Notes under the pieces: model-generated
The model's input: the letters and a program-made list of their open reading frames with translations, nothing else
Database searches by the model: none
What the model was told of the DNA's origin: nothing
Program-made: the position numbers and the translations under genes
Assembly (NCBI GenBank): GCA_963823655.1
Contig: CAWGMK010000013.1
Span: forward strand, 320,001-384,000
DNA length: 64,000 nt
Direction of reading: 5' to 3'
Origin: an uncultured Bacillota bacterium
Lineage (GTDB): Bacteria > Bacillota > DTU025 > MWDF01
Part shown: piece by piece, positions 1-9,846 of the stretch
How the letters are laid out: each line of letters starts with the position of its first letter
Position numbering within the stretch: the stretch's first letter is position 1

Positions 1-73
1 ACGCGGGTATGCTATCTGCCTCTTCAAAGGCGGCCGCATTTTCACCCTTATCGCTATCGGGAGCATAACTCAT
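1..73 (-). CDS. 5' end of the gene after mutL (partial), possibly miaA by synteny
   Basis: ATG overlaps the reconstructed mutL stop (ATGA); reads MSYAPDSDKGENAAAFEEADSIPA to the window edge. Identity is from gene order only. Confidence 0.3.
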   Translation of the reverse strand, partial: MSYAPDSDKGENAAAFEEADSIPA

Positions 74-1906
74 CGCCTGCCGACCCCGCGCTCAATGCCG
101 GCAAGGTCCACTTTCAGCAAGAATGGGCCTTCCGTGCGGGCAACGTAACGGGTTGGAAGTCTGGAAAAGCCTCTCTAAGAGATCCTGCATCTGCTCGCGC
201 TCGAGCTTCATGCCCGCCTTCACGGCCCCCTTGCAGGCCATTTCGGTCGCAGCCCTCCTGATTTTGCCGCCTACGTCGACTGCCTCGCGCCTCTCCTCGG
301 CCAGATCCCTAATGGCTGCCAGCAGCAGCGCCTCGGGCGAAGGTTCGCTGCCCCCTACCAGGGGAACTGCCCTGATAATCACGCTCCTCAAGCCGAAAGG
401 CTCAACGTCGAAACCTAAAGCGGCGAGGCTGTCTGCCTCCTGCTTCAATACTGCGGACTCTCCCGGCATCAGCTCAACCGTTTCGCTCATCAGAAGGCTC
501 TGGCTTTGGACGGTGCCCTCCTCCAGCAGCCTCAAAAACCTCTCCACCAATATCCTCTCATGCGCTACATGCTGGTCGATCACAAGAAGCGAACCGTCTT
601 TTTCCGCAAGGATATAGCTGTTCTTGAATTGGCCTATCACAAAAGCCGGGCTCCCCTGCTCGTCTTTTCCTAGCCCCTGCAAAAATTCCTCAGTCGCGCG
701 AGCATCGGTCCTGATATTTCCGCCCGGGCCCTCCTGAGGCCTTCCATAAGCTTGAGGCTTCTGCTTTAGCTGCCAGCCGCCCGACGGCTTTGCGCCTTCG
801 GCGAAATAGCCCATGTAGCGCTCCTTCATGGCGGATCCTGCCGCAGTCGCCCCGTCATGGACCGAGCCGGCGGCATAGACCTCGGCATCCTCGGCTAAAA
901 TCCCTTCGATTCCGGGAGTCGCATCCGGGCTGGTCACCGCCTCTATTACGGCATGATGCACCGCCGAGAAGACCGCACTTTCGTCGGCGAACCTCACTTC
1001 GGCCTTGGCAGGGTGCACATTGACATCAATTCTGGCAGGGTCGATCTCAAGCCAGATTATCACAGGCGGGTATGGCGAATGCATCTGCACTCCCTCAAGC
1101 CCCCGGTCAATAGCCGCATAAAGCTGCCCGGAGGAGACGGGCCTGCCGTTTACGATTATGAATTGGTCCTGCCTCTTCCTCTTCGCCTGTTCGGGCCCTG
1201 CCACGAGCACAAATGCCTCGATGCCGGGCGAGCTGGCCGTTCCTTCAGTCATGTCCTCGGCCGCCCTGCCCAGCACCGCCCTTGCGGCGCTTCTAGGCTC
1301 CCCGTCGCCAGCCGACTCGAATGCCTTCGCGCCGTCCACGGAAAGACTCATCGAAACGCCGGGGTTTGCGAGCGAGAGCCTCTCCATCACCTGCTCTACG
1401 CGCCTTGCCTCCGCAGGCTTGGATTTTAGATACTTCAGCCTTGCCGGCGTATTGAAGAACAGGCTTTCCACCTCGACAGCAGTCCCTTTCCTGCCGGAGG
1501 CGGGCCCCTCTTCCATTATTCTGCCGGCCTCAAGCTCGACCCTCCAGGCGGCGTCCGAGCCTTCCTCCCTGGTGATTAGCCTCATCTTTGAGACGGACGC
1601 AATCGAGGGGAGCGCCTCGCCTCTGAAGCCCAGGGTATTGACATGGAACAGCTCATCGGCGCTTCTAATCTTGCTTGTGGCATGCCTTTCGAAGGCGAGG
1701 GAGGCATCCTCCTTATCCATGCCGCAGCCATCGTCGACCACCCTGATTAGCTCAAGGCCGCCGTCGACTATTTCCACCGCGATGTTGAGGGCGCCTGCGT
1801 CAACAGAGTTTTCCACCAGCTCCTTGACTACCGAGGCCGGCCTTTCGACCACCTCGCCTGCGGCGATCTTGTTTGCGACATCGAGCGGGAGCCTGCCTAT
1901 CTTCAA
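70..1906 (-). CDS. mutL: DNA mismatch repair protein MutL (frameshift near 3' end)
   Basis: KIAAGEVVERP, GFRGEAL, DQHVAHER, ACK and CPHGRP motifs. A shift near 121 gives the ending LLKVDLAGIERGVGRR*. Confidence 0.95.
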
Positions 1907-1969
1907 TGGATATTTCCTCCTGCCATGTTCGCCCCTGAAACAATGCTTTCCTTAGGGCTTGGGATTGCT

Positions 1970-4602
1970 TTACGGCTTCTGGATCTCCTCGGCCTCAAGC
2001 GCCCTTTTCATCTCGAAAACCAGCTCCAGAGCATCTCTTGGGCTCAACTCCTCGGGTTCAGCGTCCCTTAAAAGTGCGAGCGCTGCACTCTCCGGCCTCA
2101 CAACTACCTGGTCCTCCACCTCATCCGGAAGCTCGCTCCAGCCGAAGAGCCTCATCTGGTGCCCGCCCCTGTCGTAGACCTCCTCAAGCTGCTTTAATAT
2201 CTGGTTGGCCCTTCTAACTACGTCTTTGGGCAGCCCTGCCATCTTCGCCACGTTCAGCCCGTAGCTCTTGTCCGTGCCGCCTCTTTGCAGCCGGTACAGG
2301 AACACGACCTCGCCCGGCTTCTCGGCCACGCTCACATGGTAGTTCCTCGCGAAGGGAAGCCTCTCTTCAAGGGCCGCAAGCTCGTGGTAATGCGTGGTGA
2401 ACAGGCAGCGCGCCCTGGTTACATCGTGCAGGTGTTCCGCAACCGCCCAGGCGAGCGCCATTCCATCATATGTTGAAGTCCCCCTGCCCAGCTCATCGAC
2501 CATTACAAGGCTTCTCTCGCCCCCGGTGTTGAGTATCTCCGCCACTTCCAGCAGCTCCACCATGAAAGTGCTCTTGCCGCCGGAGATGTCGTCATATGAG
2601 CCTGCCCTGTAATAGATGCGGTCGGCGATGCCGATTGTAGCCGATGAGCAGGGCACGAAGGAGCCGGCCTGCGCCATAAGCTGAATTATGCCGGTGGTCG
2701 CCAGTATTGTGGATTTGCCGGCCATGTTCGGGCCGGTCAATATCAAAAGCCTTGCGTCGTCGTGCTTGAGCTCAATGTCATTCTCGACGAACCTTCCCGC
2801 GGGCATCGAAGCCTCCATTACGGGATGCCTGGCCGAATAAAGCAGGGTATCCAGGCCGTCCGTTACTTCGGGACGGGTCCATCTGCGACTTGTTGCCGCC
2901 CCAGCGAAGGATTGCAGCACGTCCGCCTCTGCCGCCGCAGCCGCGTCAGCCATGATTGCATCGATAAATCCGGATGCTTTTGCGCAAAGCCCCCTGAAAA
3001 TCTCGGCCTCCAGCTTTACCTGCTTCTCCTCGGCGCCTAGCACCTTGGTTTCAATGCTCTTCAGCTCCTCAGTGAAATACCTCTCGGAGCCGGCAAAGTC
3101 TGCTTCCTTATGAAATCCGAAGGCACGCTGCCGATATTGGATTTGCTGACCTCGAAGTAATATCCGAATACCCCGTTGAAGCCGATTCGCAGGTTTTTTA
3201 TCCCCGAACGCTCCCGCTCCCGAGCCTCTAAAGTAGCCAGCCATCCCCTGCCTCCAGCAGCAGCGTCCCTCAGCTCGTCGACTTCGGCATCGTACCCCTT
3301 CCTGATGTAGCCGCCCGAACTCAAGTCTGCGGGCAGCTCGTCGGCCAGCGCCGCCGAAATCTCCTCGGAAAGCGGCTTCAAAGGATCTATCGCCTTGCCA
3401 AGTGAAGACAGCCTTGCCGATTTGGCATGTGAAGCAAGCGATGCCTTGAGCCTTCCTGCGGCGTCAAGCGACTTGCCCAAAGCTGCGAGATCCCTTGGCA
3501 TTGCATTTCCTATCGCAAGCTTGGAACCCAGCCTCTCCATGTCCTGGATGCCTGAAAGCGAGTCTTTTATGCCGTCGGCCAGCCTCCTTGAGGCCATGAG
3601 CTCCTCTATCGAGTCCTGCCTTTCACCTATGCCCGCAATGTCCAGCAGAGGGGCCTCCAGCCAGGACTTGAGCATCCTTGCGCCCATCTTTGTGAGAGTC
3701 GTGTCCAGCACGTCCAATAGCCCCGCGCCTTTTCCAAGCGCGCGCTCGCTCCCGAAGACCGCCAGGTTCCTCCAGGACCCTCTATCGATGTGCATGAACG
3801 ACGAAAGCCTGTATGCGCCCAGAGAACTGATATGCTCCAGGCCTGATTTCTGTGTCTGCTTGAGATAGGCGAGCAGCGCTCCGGCGGCAGATGCGCCCAA
3901 AGGCATGCCGTCCAGGCCGTACCCCTCAAGCCCCACCGCGCCGAAATGCCCCGAAAGCAGCCGGGCCGCTGCTTTGTGCTCGAACTCGCGCTCGGGCCTT
4001 GGCGTCTGTATGACCAGTGAGCCAGCACTCGCTATCCAGCCGGCAATCCCTGCGCCAAGCGCAGCTCCGGATGGCAGAAGTATCTCGCTGGCAGACAGCC
4101 TCTCCAGCTCCTGCACGGCCTTTACTTCGAAATCCTTGCCTTCGGCTTGCGTCGCTCTGAACTCGCCCGTTGAGACATCGCAGTAGGCAATGCCCACCCC
4201 GTCGTCTGAGGGAAATATGGATGCCATATAGTTGTTCGAACCGCCGTCGCCTTCCAGCACTCCTGGGCTTACCAGCCTGATAATGTCCCTTTTTACCAGC
4301 CCTTTGGCGACCTTCGGGTCTTCAAGCTGCTCCGCTATTGCCACCCTGTAGCCCTTCTTGACCAGCTGCGGCAGGTACTCGTCCAGCGCATGATGGGGGA
4401 CGCCGCACATCGGCATCCTGTTGCCGGTGCCCACTTCCCTGCCGGTAAGGTAAAGCCCAAGCTCGCGTGAGGCGATCTCCGCATCTTCGTTGAAGAACTC
4501 ATAGAAGTCGCCCAGGCGAATCATTAAAAGGGCCTCCGGATAGCGGCCCTTCAGCTCGTTATACTGCTCCATCATGGGCGTCAGGCCCCCGGTCCTGGCC
4601 AT
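1970..4602 (-). CDS. mutS: DNA mismatch repair protein MutS (frameshift near 3090)
   Basis: TPMMEQY and GDFYEFF in ORF 3061..4695; TGPNMAGKS, STFMVE and DELGRGT in ORF 1970..3244. Confidence 0.95.
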
Positions 4603-4619
4603 TTCTCGCCCCTTCCTTC

Positions 4620-5966
4620 CTAGACCCTTGCGCCGTGCAGCACGAATGTCCTTGCCGATTCGATTTTCACGCGGACCAGGTCCCCCCGCACACAAGAGCC
4701 GTCATCCGGCCAGTGCACCATCTTGTTGGTCCTGGATCTTCCGGCCATCGCAGACGCATCCCTGTCGGACTTGCCCTCTACAAGGACCTCCTGTATGCTG
4801 CCGACAAGCGCGCGGTTCACCCTTAACGATATGCTGTTTTGCAGCTCTATCAGCCTTTTTATCCTGTCCTTCTTCTCTTCCTCCGTTACCTGGGCCTCCA
4901 TCGCAGCCGCCCTTGTCCCCTCCCTTGGGGAGTAAACGAAGGTGAATGCCGCATCGAAACTTGCCTTTTCAAGCACGTCGAGCGTATCCTGGAAGTCTCT
5001 TTCGGTCTCGCCGGGGAAGCCTACCATCACATCAGAGGTTATGGCACATCCCGGCACCGCCAGCCTGATCCTCGCCAGCAAGTCCAGGTACTGGGCTGAT
5101 GTATAGCCCCTGTTCATCTGCGCAAGTATCCTGTCGGAACCCGCCTGAAGCGGCAGGTGGTACTGCTCGCAGAGTTTGGGAAGCGTGGAGATCGCGTCTA
5201 TCATCCGCTCGTCGGCAAACCTCGGGTGCGATGTCGTAAACCTGATCCTCAAGGGGTCCGGCAGCTGCTTGTCCAAGAGCCTTAACAGCGACGGGAAATC
5301 GGGTGGCTCGCCACCGTTATCTGCGGCAAGCCCTTTTCCGTATGCGTTCACGTTCTGCCCGAGCAGCGTTATCTCCCTGACGCCGGATTTCGCGGCATCC
5401 ATGCACTCCGCAAGGATTTCTGCCGGCAGCCTGCTTCGCTCGCGCCCGCGCACATAGGGCACTATGCAGTATGTGCAGAAATTGTCGCAGCCATAAGTAA
5501 TATTGACGAAAGCCTTAAGATCATCCTTCCTCAGCACGGGAAGCTGCTCTACGACTTCCTGCGCCGCATCCCAGATCTCAATGACCCTCTCGCCGCCATC
5601 CAGCCTTGCGAGCAGCTCCGGCAGCCTGTGGATGTTGTGGGTGCCAAACGCAAGGTCCAGCCATGAAAGCTTACCGCCAAGTTCGGCCTTCACCCACTCC
5701 TCCTGCACCATGCAGCCGCATATGCCGACTAGAAGCCCGGGGCGCGACTTCTTAAGCCGCTTCGCCTCACCGAGGTTTCCTATCGCCCTGTCCTCTGCAT
5801 TGCCCCTTACGCAGCAAGTCATGTAGAGAATGAGGTCCGCCTTGGATTCATCTTCGGTCATGCAGTAGCCGGCCGACGCCAAATAGCCCGCAACGGTCTC
5901 TGAATCCCTCTCGTTCATCTGGCAGCCGTAGACGGTAAGCTTGGCCAGCTTCCCAACAAATCCCAT
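4620..5966 (-). CDS. miaB: tRNA-2-methylthio-N6-dimethylallyladenosine synthase MiaB
   Basis: YGCQMN, radical SAM motif CDNFCTYC, C-terminal TRAM domain, position upstream of mutS. Confidence 0.95.
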   Translation of the reverse strand: MGFVGKLAKLTVYGCQMNERDSETVAGYLASAGYCMTEDESKADLILYMTCCVRGNAEDRAIGNLGEAKRLKKSRPGLLVGICGCMVQEEWVKAELGGKLSWLDLAFGTHNIHRLPELLARLDGGERVIEIWDAAQEVVEQLPVLRKDDLKAFVNITYGCDNFCTYCIVPYVRGRERSRLPAEILAECMDAAKSGVREITLLGQNVNAYGKGLAADNGGEPPDFPSLLRLLDKQLPDPLRIRFTTSHPRFADERMIDAISTLPKLCEQYHLPLQAGSDRILAQMNRGYTSAQYLDLLARIRLAVPGCAITSDVMVGFPGETERDFQDTLDVLEKASFDAAFTFVYSPREGTRAAAMEAQVTEEEKKDRIKRLIELQNSISLRVNRALVGSIQEVLVEGKSDRDASAMAGRSRTNKMVHWPDDGSCVRGDLVRVKIESARTFVLHGARV

Positions 5967-5980
5967 ATTCCACTCCTAAA

Positions 5981-6445
5981 TCAGTCGAGCCGCAACATGA
6001 ATTTCGACATTATCCTATCGCCCTCGGCGTACATCTCGTCCTGCTCTGGTACGATGGAAGTTCCCACAAACGCAAAGCCGGCAAGTCTTGCTGACTGCTG
6101 GGAGGCGATGTTGTCCGGCTTGGTCGTTATAATGACATACGGCATGTTGAGCTTTCTTGCGAATGCACACACCAGCCTGGTCGCCCTCGCTGCGAAATGC
6201 TTTCCCCTGAAGCTTTCATCTATGCCGTAGCCGATATGGCCCGCGCAGTCCTCAACGTGCGGGTTATAGCCCGCCCTTAGCACAATGCCGCCTGCGTGAA
6301 GCCCTGTTGTCTGCTCTAGGATTTCAAACTCGTAGAAAGGCACGTGGCTCTTTGCTAGATCCACGTCCTCCTGGTATGATTTCAGGGCCAGCCTGACGAA
6401 GCCGTCCGATAGCAGGCCCGGATCTACGAATCCAGACGTTTGCAT
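5981..6445 (-). CDS. GNAT-family N-acetyltransferase
   Basis: GHIGYGIDESFRGKHFA and DNIAS motifs. Confidence 0.8.
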   Translation of the reverse strand: MQTSGFVDPGLLSDGFVRLALKSYQEDVDLAKSHVPFYEFEILEQTTGLHAGGIVLRAGYNPHVEDCAGHIGYGIDESFRGKHFAARATRLVCAFARKLNMPYVIITTKPDNIASQQSARLAGFAFVGTSIVPEQDEMYAEGDRIMSKFMLRLD

Positions 6446-7614
6446 CAGAATGCTATGCCGGCCCCTTTAAGCCTGAGCAAAGCCTGGTCGAGCTTGCCCT
6501 CCTCCACGGTCAGCGAGATGCGGAAATAGCCCTCGCCAGCCTTGCCGTAGCCGTTGCCGGGGGTTATCACAACGCCGCTCTCGTCGAAAACCTTCTCCGC
6601 GAAGCTTGCCGATGTGTAGCCCTTGGGCACTGGCGCCCATATATAGATGCTTCCGTTGGGGGCCGTGAGGTTCCATCCCATGGAGTTGAGGGTGCCGATG
6701 ACCTTGTCGCGGCGCCTCCTGTAGATCTGCCTCATGTTCTCCACCGAATCCCATGAACCCTCGAGAGCGGCGGTCGCTGCGACCTGCACCGCCTGGAAGG
6801 CGCCCAAATCGATATTGGATTTCAAAGCCGCCAGCGTCCCGACCACATCGGGGTTGCCGACCGCCCAGCCGATCCTCCACCCTGTCATGTTGAAGTATTT
6901 CGATAGGGAGCCGAACTCCATGGAAATGTCCATCGCGCCTTCAAAGCCCAGGATGCTCGGCGCAGGCTTGCCGTCGTATGTGATTTCGGCATAGGCCGCG
7001 TCGTGCACCAGGATGATGCCGTGCGACTTGGCGAACTCAATCGCCTCTTTGTAGAAGCTGTCAGGCGCGCACGCGCCTGTGGGGTTGTTGGGATAGTTTA
7101 CGAACATCAGGGCTGAGGACTTCGCAACTTCGGAGGGTATGAGCGAAAAGTCGGGCAGAAAGCCGTTCTTCTCGAGCAGGGGCATGTGATATGGTATGCC
7201 GCCTGCGAAAATCGTGCCCGCCTCGTAGACCGGATAGCCCGGATCGGGTATCAGGTTGTACTTCCCCGGGTCAGTGAAACACAATGATATGTGGCCGATC
7301 CCCTCTTTGGAACCTATCATCGAGCAAACCTGGTTGTCCGGGTTCAGCTCTACGCCGAAGCGCCTCTTGTAATAGGCGGCGACCGCTTTCCTGTATGAGG
7401 CCATGCCCTTTGAAGATGGGTACTGATGGTTTGCGGGATCCTTCATGCCCTCAAGGCCTGCTTTTACTACGTGCTCGGGCGTGGGCATGTCCGGGTCGCC
7501 AATTCCTAGGGAGATTATGTCGCGGCCTTCGCGCCTGGCCTTTTCGATCTTGGCCTCTATCTGCGCGAAAAGGTAGGGTTGCAGGTTTTGTATCCTCATT
7601 GCCCTCTTAATCAT
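6445..7614 (-). CDS. dapL: LL-diaminopimelate aminotransferase
   Basis: [23 protein letters not shown] and MTGWRIG motifs; adjacent to dapF. Confidence 0.88.
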   Translation of the reverse strand: MIKRAMRIQNLQPYLFAQIEAKIEKARREGRDIISLGIGDPDMPTPEHVVKAGLEGMKDPANHQYPSSKGMASYRKAVAAYYKRRFGVELNPDNQVCSMIGSKEGIGHISLCFTDPGKYNLIPDPGYPVYEAGTIFAGGIPYHMPLLEKNGFLPDFSLIPSEVAKSSALMFVNYPNNPTGACAPDSFYKEAIEFAKSHGIILVHDAAYAEITYDGKPAPSILGFEGAMDISMEFGSLSKYFNMTGWRIGWAVGNPDVVGTLAALKSNIDLGAFQAVQVAATAALEGSWDSVENMRQIYRRRRDKVIGTLNSMGWNLTAPNGSIYIWAPVPKGYTSASFAEKVFDESGVVITPGNGYGKAGEGYFRISLTVEEGKLDQALLRLKGAGIAF

Positions 7615-7615
7615 T

Positions 7616-8476
7616 CTATCCCTCCAGCCGTTCAAGATATCTGTCGGTGAGCTCGCCTGCGAAGACGAAAGCCGCAGGCCCTGTCATCATTACATGGTTG
7701 TTCTGCGCCCAATCTATGAAGAGCGAGCCTCCCGGAAGGTCAATGCGGCTCTTCCTTCCCGCCCTGCCGGAAATGGATGCTGCCACTGCCACTGCACAAG
7801 CGCCGCTTCCGCAGGCCAATGTGGGGCCTACACCGCGCTCCCATACGAACACCTTGATGCCGCCGTCGGGCAGGATCTGGCAGAACTCCACATTAGTCTT
7901 TCTCGGAAAGTCCGCGTGCTTCTCAAGAAGCGGCCCCAGCGACATCATAAGCTCGTTGCTTGTCTCATCGACGAAGGCGACTGCGTGCGGGTTTCCCATG
8001 TTGACGCAAGTAATCGGAAGGCTCTTGCCCTTCACCTCATATCTTCTGTCAATTACGGAGACCGCATCCCCGGGAGCTGCGACCGGGATAAGCTTGGGGC
8101 TTAGGGCCGGCTCGCCCATGTCCACTTCTACTTTCCAGTCCCTGCCGCCCCTGTCCACTATGCGGGCAAGCTGTATTCCTTTCAGCGTCTCCACTTTAAT
8201 AGGTTCCGCCGCATCGGGGAATTTCTGAGCCCAGAGGACGGCGGCGCACCTTATCGCGTTGCCGCACATCTCCGCCTCGGAGCCATCCGAGTTGAAGATA
8301 ACCATCCTCACGTCGGCTTTCAGCGACGGGACAAGCACGATCAGGCCGTCCGCCCCTACGCCGAAGTTCCTGTCGCAAATGGCCTTCGATATGCCCTGAA
8401 GCGCTTCAAGCTTATCTACTTCTGCGAAAGTGAACACGAAATCATTGCCCAGCCCATGCATTTTGAAGAATTTCAT
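7616..8476 (-). CDS. dapF: Diaminopimelate epimerase
   Basis: [18 protein letters not shown] and [13 protein letters not shown] motifs. Confidence 0.96.
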   Translation of the reverse strand: MKFFKMHGLGNDFVFTFAEVDKLEALQGISKAICDRNFGVGADGLIVLVPSLKADVRMVIFNSDGSEAEMCGNAIRCAAVLWAQKFPDAAEPIKVETLKGIQLARIVDRGGRDWKVEVDMGEPALSPKLIPVAAPGDAVSVIDRRYEVKGKSLPITCVNMGNPHAVAFVDETSNELMMSLGPLLEKHADFPRKTNVEFCQILPDGGIKVFVWERGVGPTLACGSGACAVAVAASISGRAGRKSRIDLPGGSLFIDWAQNNHVMMTGPAAFVFAGELTDRYLERLEG

Positions 8477-8492
8477 TCCAACACCGTCCATT

Positions 8493-9170
8493 TCAGATTA
8501 TCATCGCCGCCAGGGCCGCGATTAATAGCGCGGGCAGCATATTGCTCGCCTTGATCCCGGCTTTCAGCGCCAGGTTCATGCTAAGTCCCATCAGTATCAG
8601 GCCTCCTGCGGCCGTTATGTGCGCAATCATGGCCTCCGTCATGAGATGTCCGATAGAGCCCGCGGCAAGTGTGATACCGCCCTGCACTATGAATACTACA
8701 ATCGCTGAGAAGCCCACGCCGATGCCCATGGTAGACGCGAGCGCCATCGAGCTTACCCCGTCCATCACCGATTTCATGGCGAGAATCGAATAGTCTCCCC
8801 TGAGTCCGTCGGCGATAGAGCCCATCACTGTCATCGGGCCTATACAAAACAGCAGCGAGGCGGCCATAAGCCCTTCGGTGAACCTTCCCTCGCCAAGCTT
8901 TCCCAGCTTCGATTTCGCAATGTCCCCGAGGCCGTTGAGCCTTTCATCGAACTTGAGGACCATACCGAATATCGTGCCGAGCACCACGCAAATCAAGGTC
9001 ACAAGCAGGTCCGGGGAGGAGCCTGCGTTCTTCAGGCCTATTACAAGCGTGAAAAGCCCCATCACCCTTATGAGCTCGGAGCCGAATTGATCGGGGATCC
9101 TCCTTCTTAGAAGGATGCCGATAGCGGTGCCTGCGAGCACAGTGCCCGTATTCATGAGAGTCCCTATCAT
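8493..9170 (-). CDS. DUF554 family membrane protein
   Basis: MIGTLMN start, LFCIGPM and KSVMDG motifs, multiple TM segments. Confidence 0.85.
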   Translation of the reverse strand: MIGTLMNTGTVLAGTAIGILLRRRIPDQFGSELIRVMGLFTLVIGLKNAGSSPDLLVTLICVVLGTIFGMVLKFDERLNGLGDIAKSKLGKLGEGRFTEGLMAASLLFCIGPMTVMGSIADGLRGDYSILAMKSVMDGVSSMALASTMGIGVGFSAIVVFIVQGGITLAAGSIGHLMTEAMIAHITAAGGLILMGLSMNLALKAGIKASNMLPALLIAALAAMII

Positions 9171-9205
9171 CTGGCACCTCATTCCGGTGGAAATCTTACC
9201 TAATA

Positions 9206-9234
9206 ATTATATCATCTAGCTTCCTGCTCTTTAA
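9206..9234 (-). promoter_or_regulatory. Putative sigmaA promoter for DUF554-dapF-dapL
   Basis: TTAAAG-N17-TATAAT with an extended -10 (TGaTATAAT). Confidence 0.5.
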
Positions 9235-9284
9235 GGGCGAACAAAAACGATAAAGTAAGCGTCAACAGTTGTAGTTTGAGCGAT

Positions 9285-9313
9285 TTGCCCGCATTACGAT
9301 AATTTGTTAAAAT
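9285..9313 (+). promoter_or_regulatory. Putative sigmaA promoter of the cytochrome c gene
   Basis: TTGCCC-N17-TAAAAT with an extended -10 TG, followed by an AAAGGAGG RBS. Confidence 0.55.
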
Positions 9314-9348
9314 ACTTGTGATTTATTATACGAAAGGAGGAACCAACA

Positions 9349-9769
9349 TTGAAGAAGATTCTAGTAGTAGCTTTCGTACTAGCACTCGTCGCGGTGGTTT
9401 CCCTTGCAGTCTACGCAGCGGTACCCACACTAACCGTACCAGGCGTGAATGCCAAGGACGATCTGCCCAAAGGTTGCGTGGATTGCCACGTCAAGTCCGG
9501 TAGCACCGATATCGACGATCCTGGCCGGCATGAAGAAGCTCATCGCCGCAGGCACGCATCCCAAGGCCCCGGATACCATGGTAGACGAGCTCAAGGACTG
9601 CTACGGCTGCCACAAGGCGGGAGCCGCGGCCGGAACCGTAGGTACTGTAGTCCATGTATCGCACTTCACCGGCGCCAACAACGCATTCGTGAAGGCTTAC
9701 AGCGGCAACTGCACCTGGTGCCACAGCGTCGACCTCACAAAGGGTGTCGTCGGAGTCAAGGGCAAGTAA
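9349..9769 (+). CDS. Secreted triheme c-type cytochrome, ~139 aa (frameshift near 9505)
   Basis: Signal peptide and CVDCH in ORF 9349; CYGCH and CTWCH in overlapping ORF 9449..9769; three additional His residues. Confidence 0.8.
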
Positions 9770-9787
9770 CTAGCGTCGCATAAAGAT

Positions 9788-9811
9788 TGGAGGGCGGTTT
9801 TCCGCCCTCCA
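9788..9811. terminator. Intrinsic terminator hairpin between convergent genes
   Basis: TGGAGGGCGG-TTTT-CCGCCCTCCA followed by TTTTCTTT. Confidence 0.8.
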
Positions 9812-9846
9812 TTTTCTTTGTACTTAAGTAGTTGTGCGGCCTCCCT

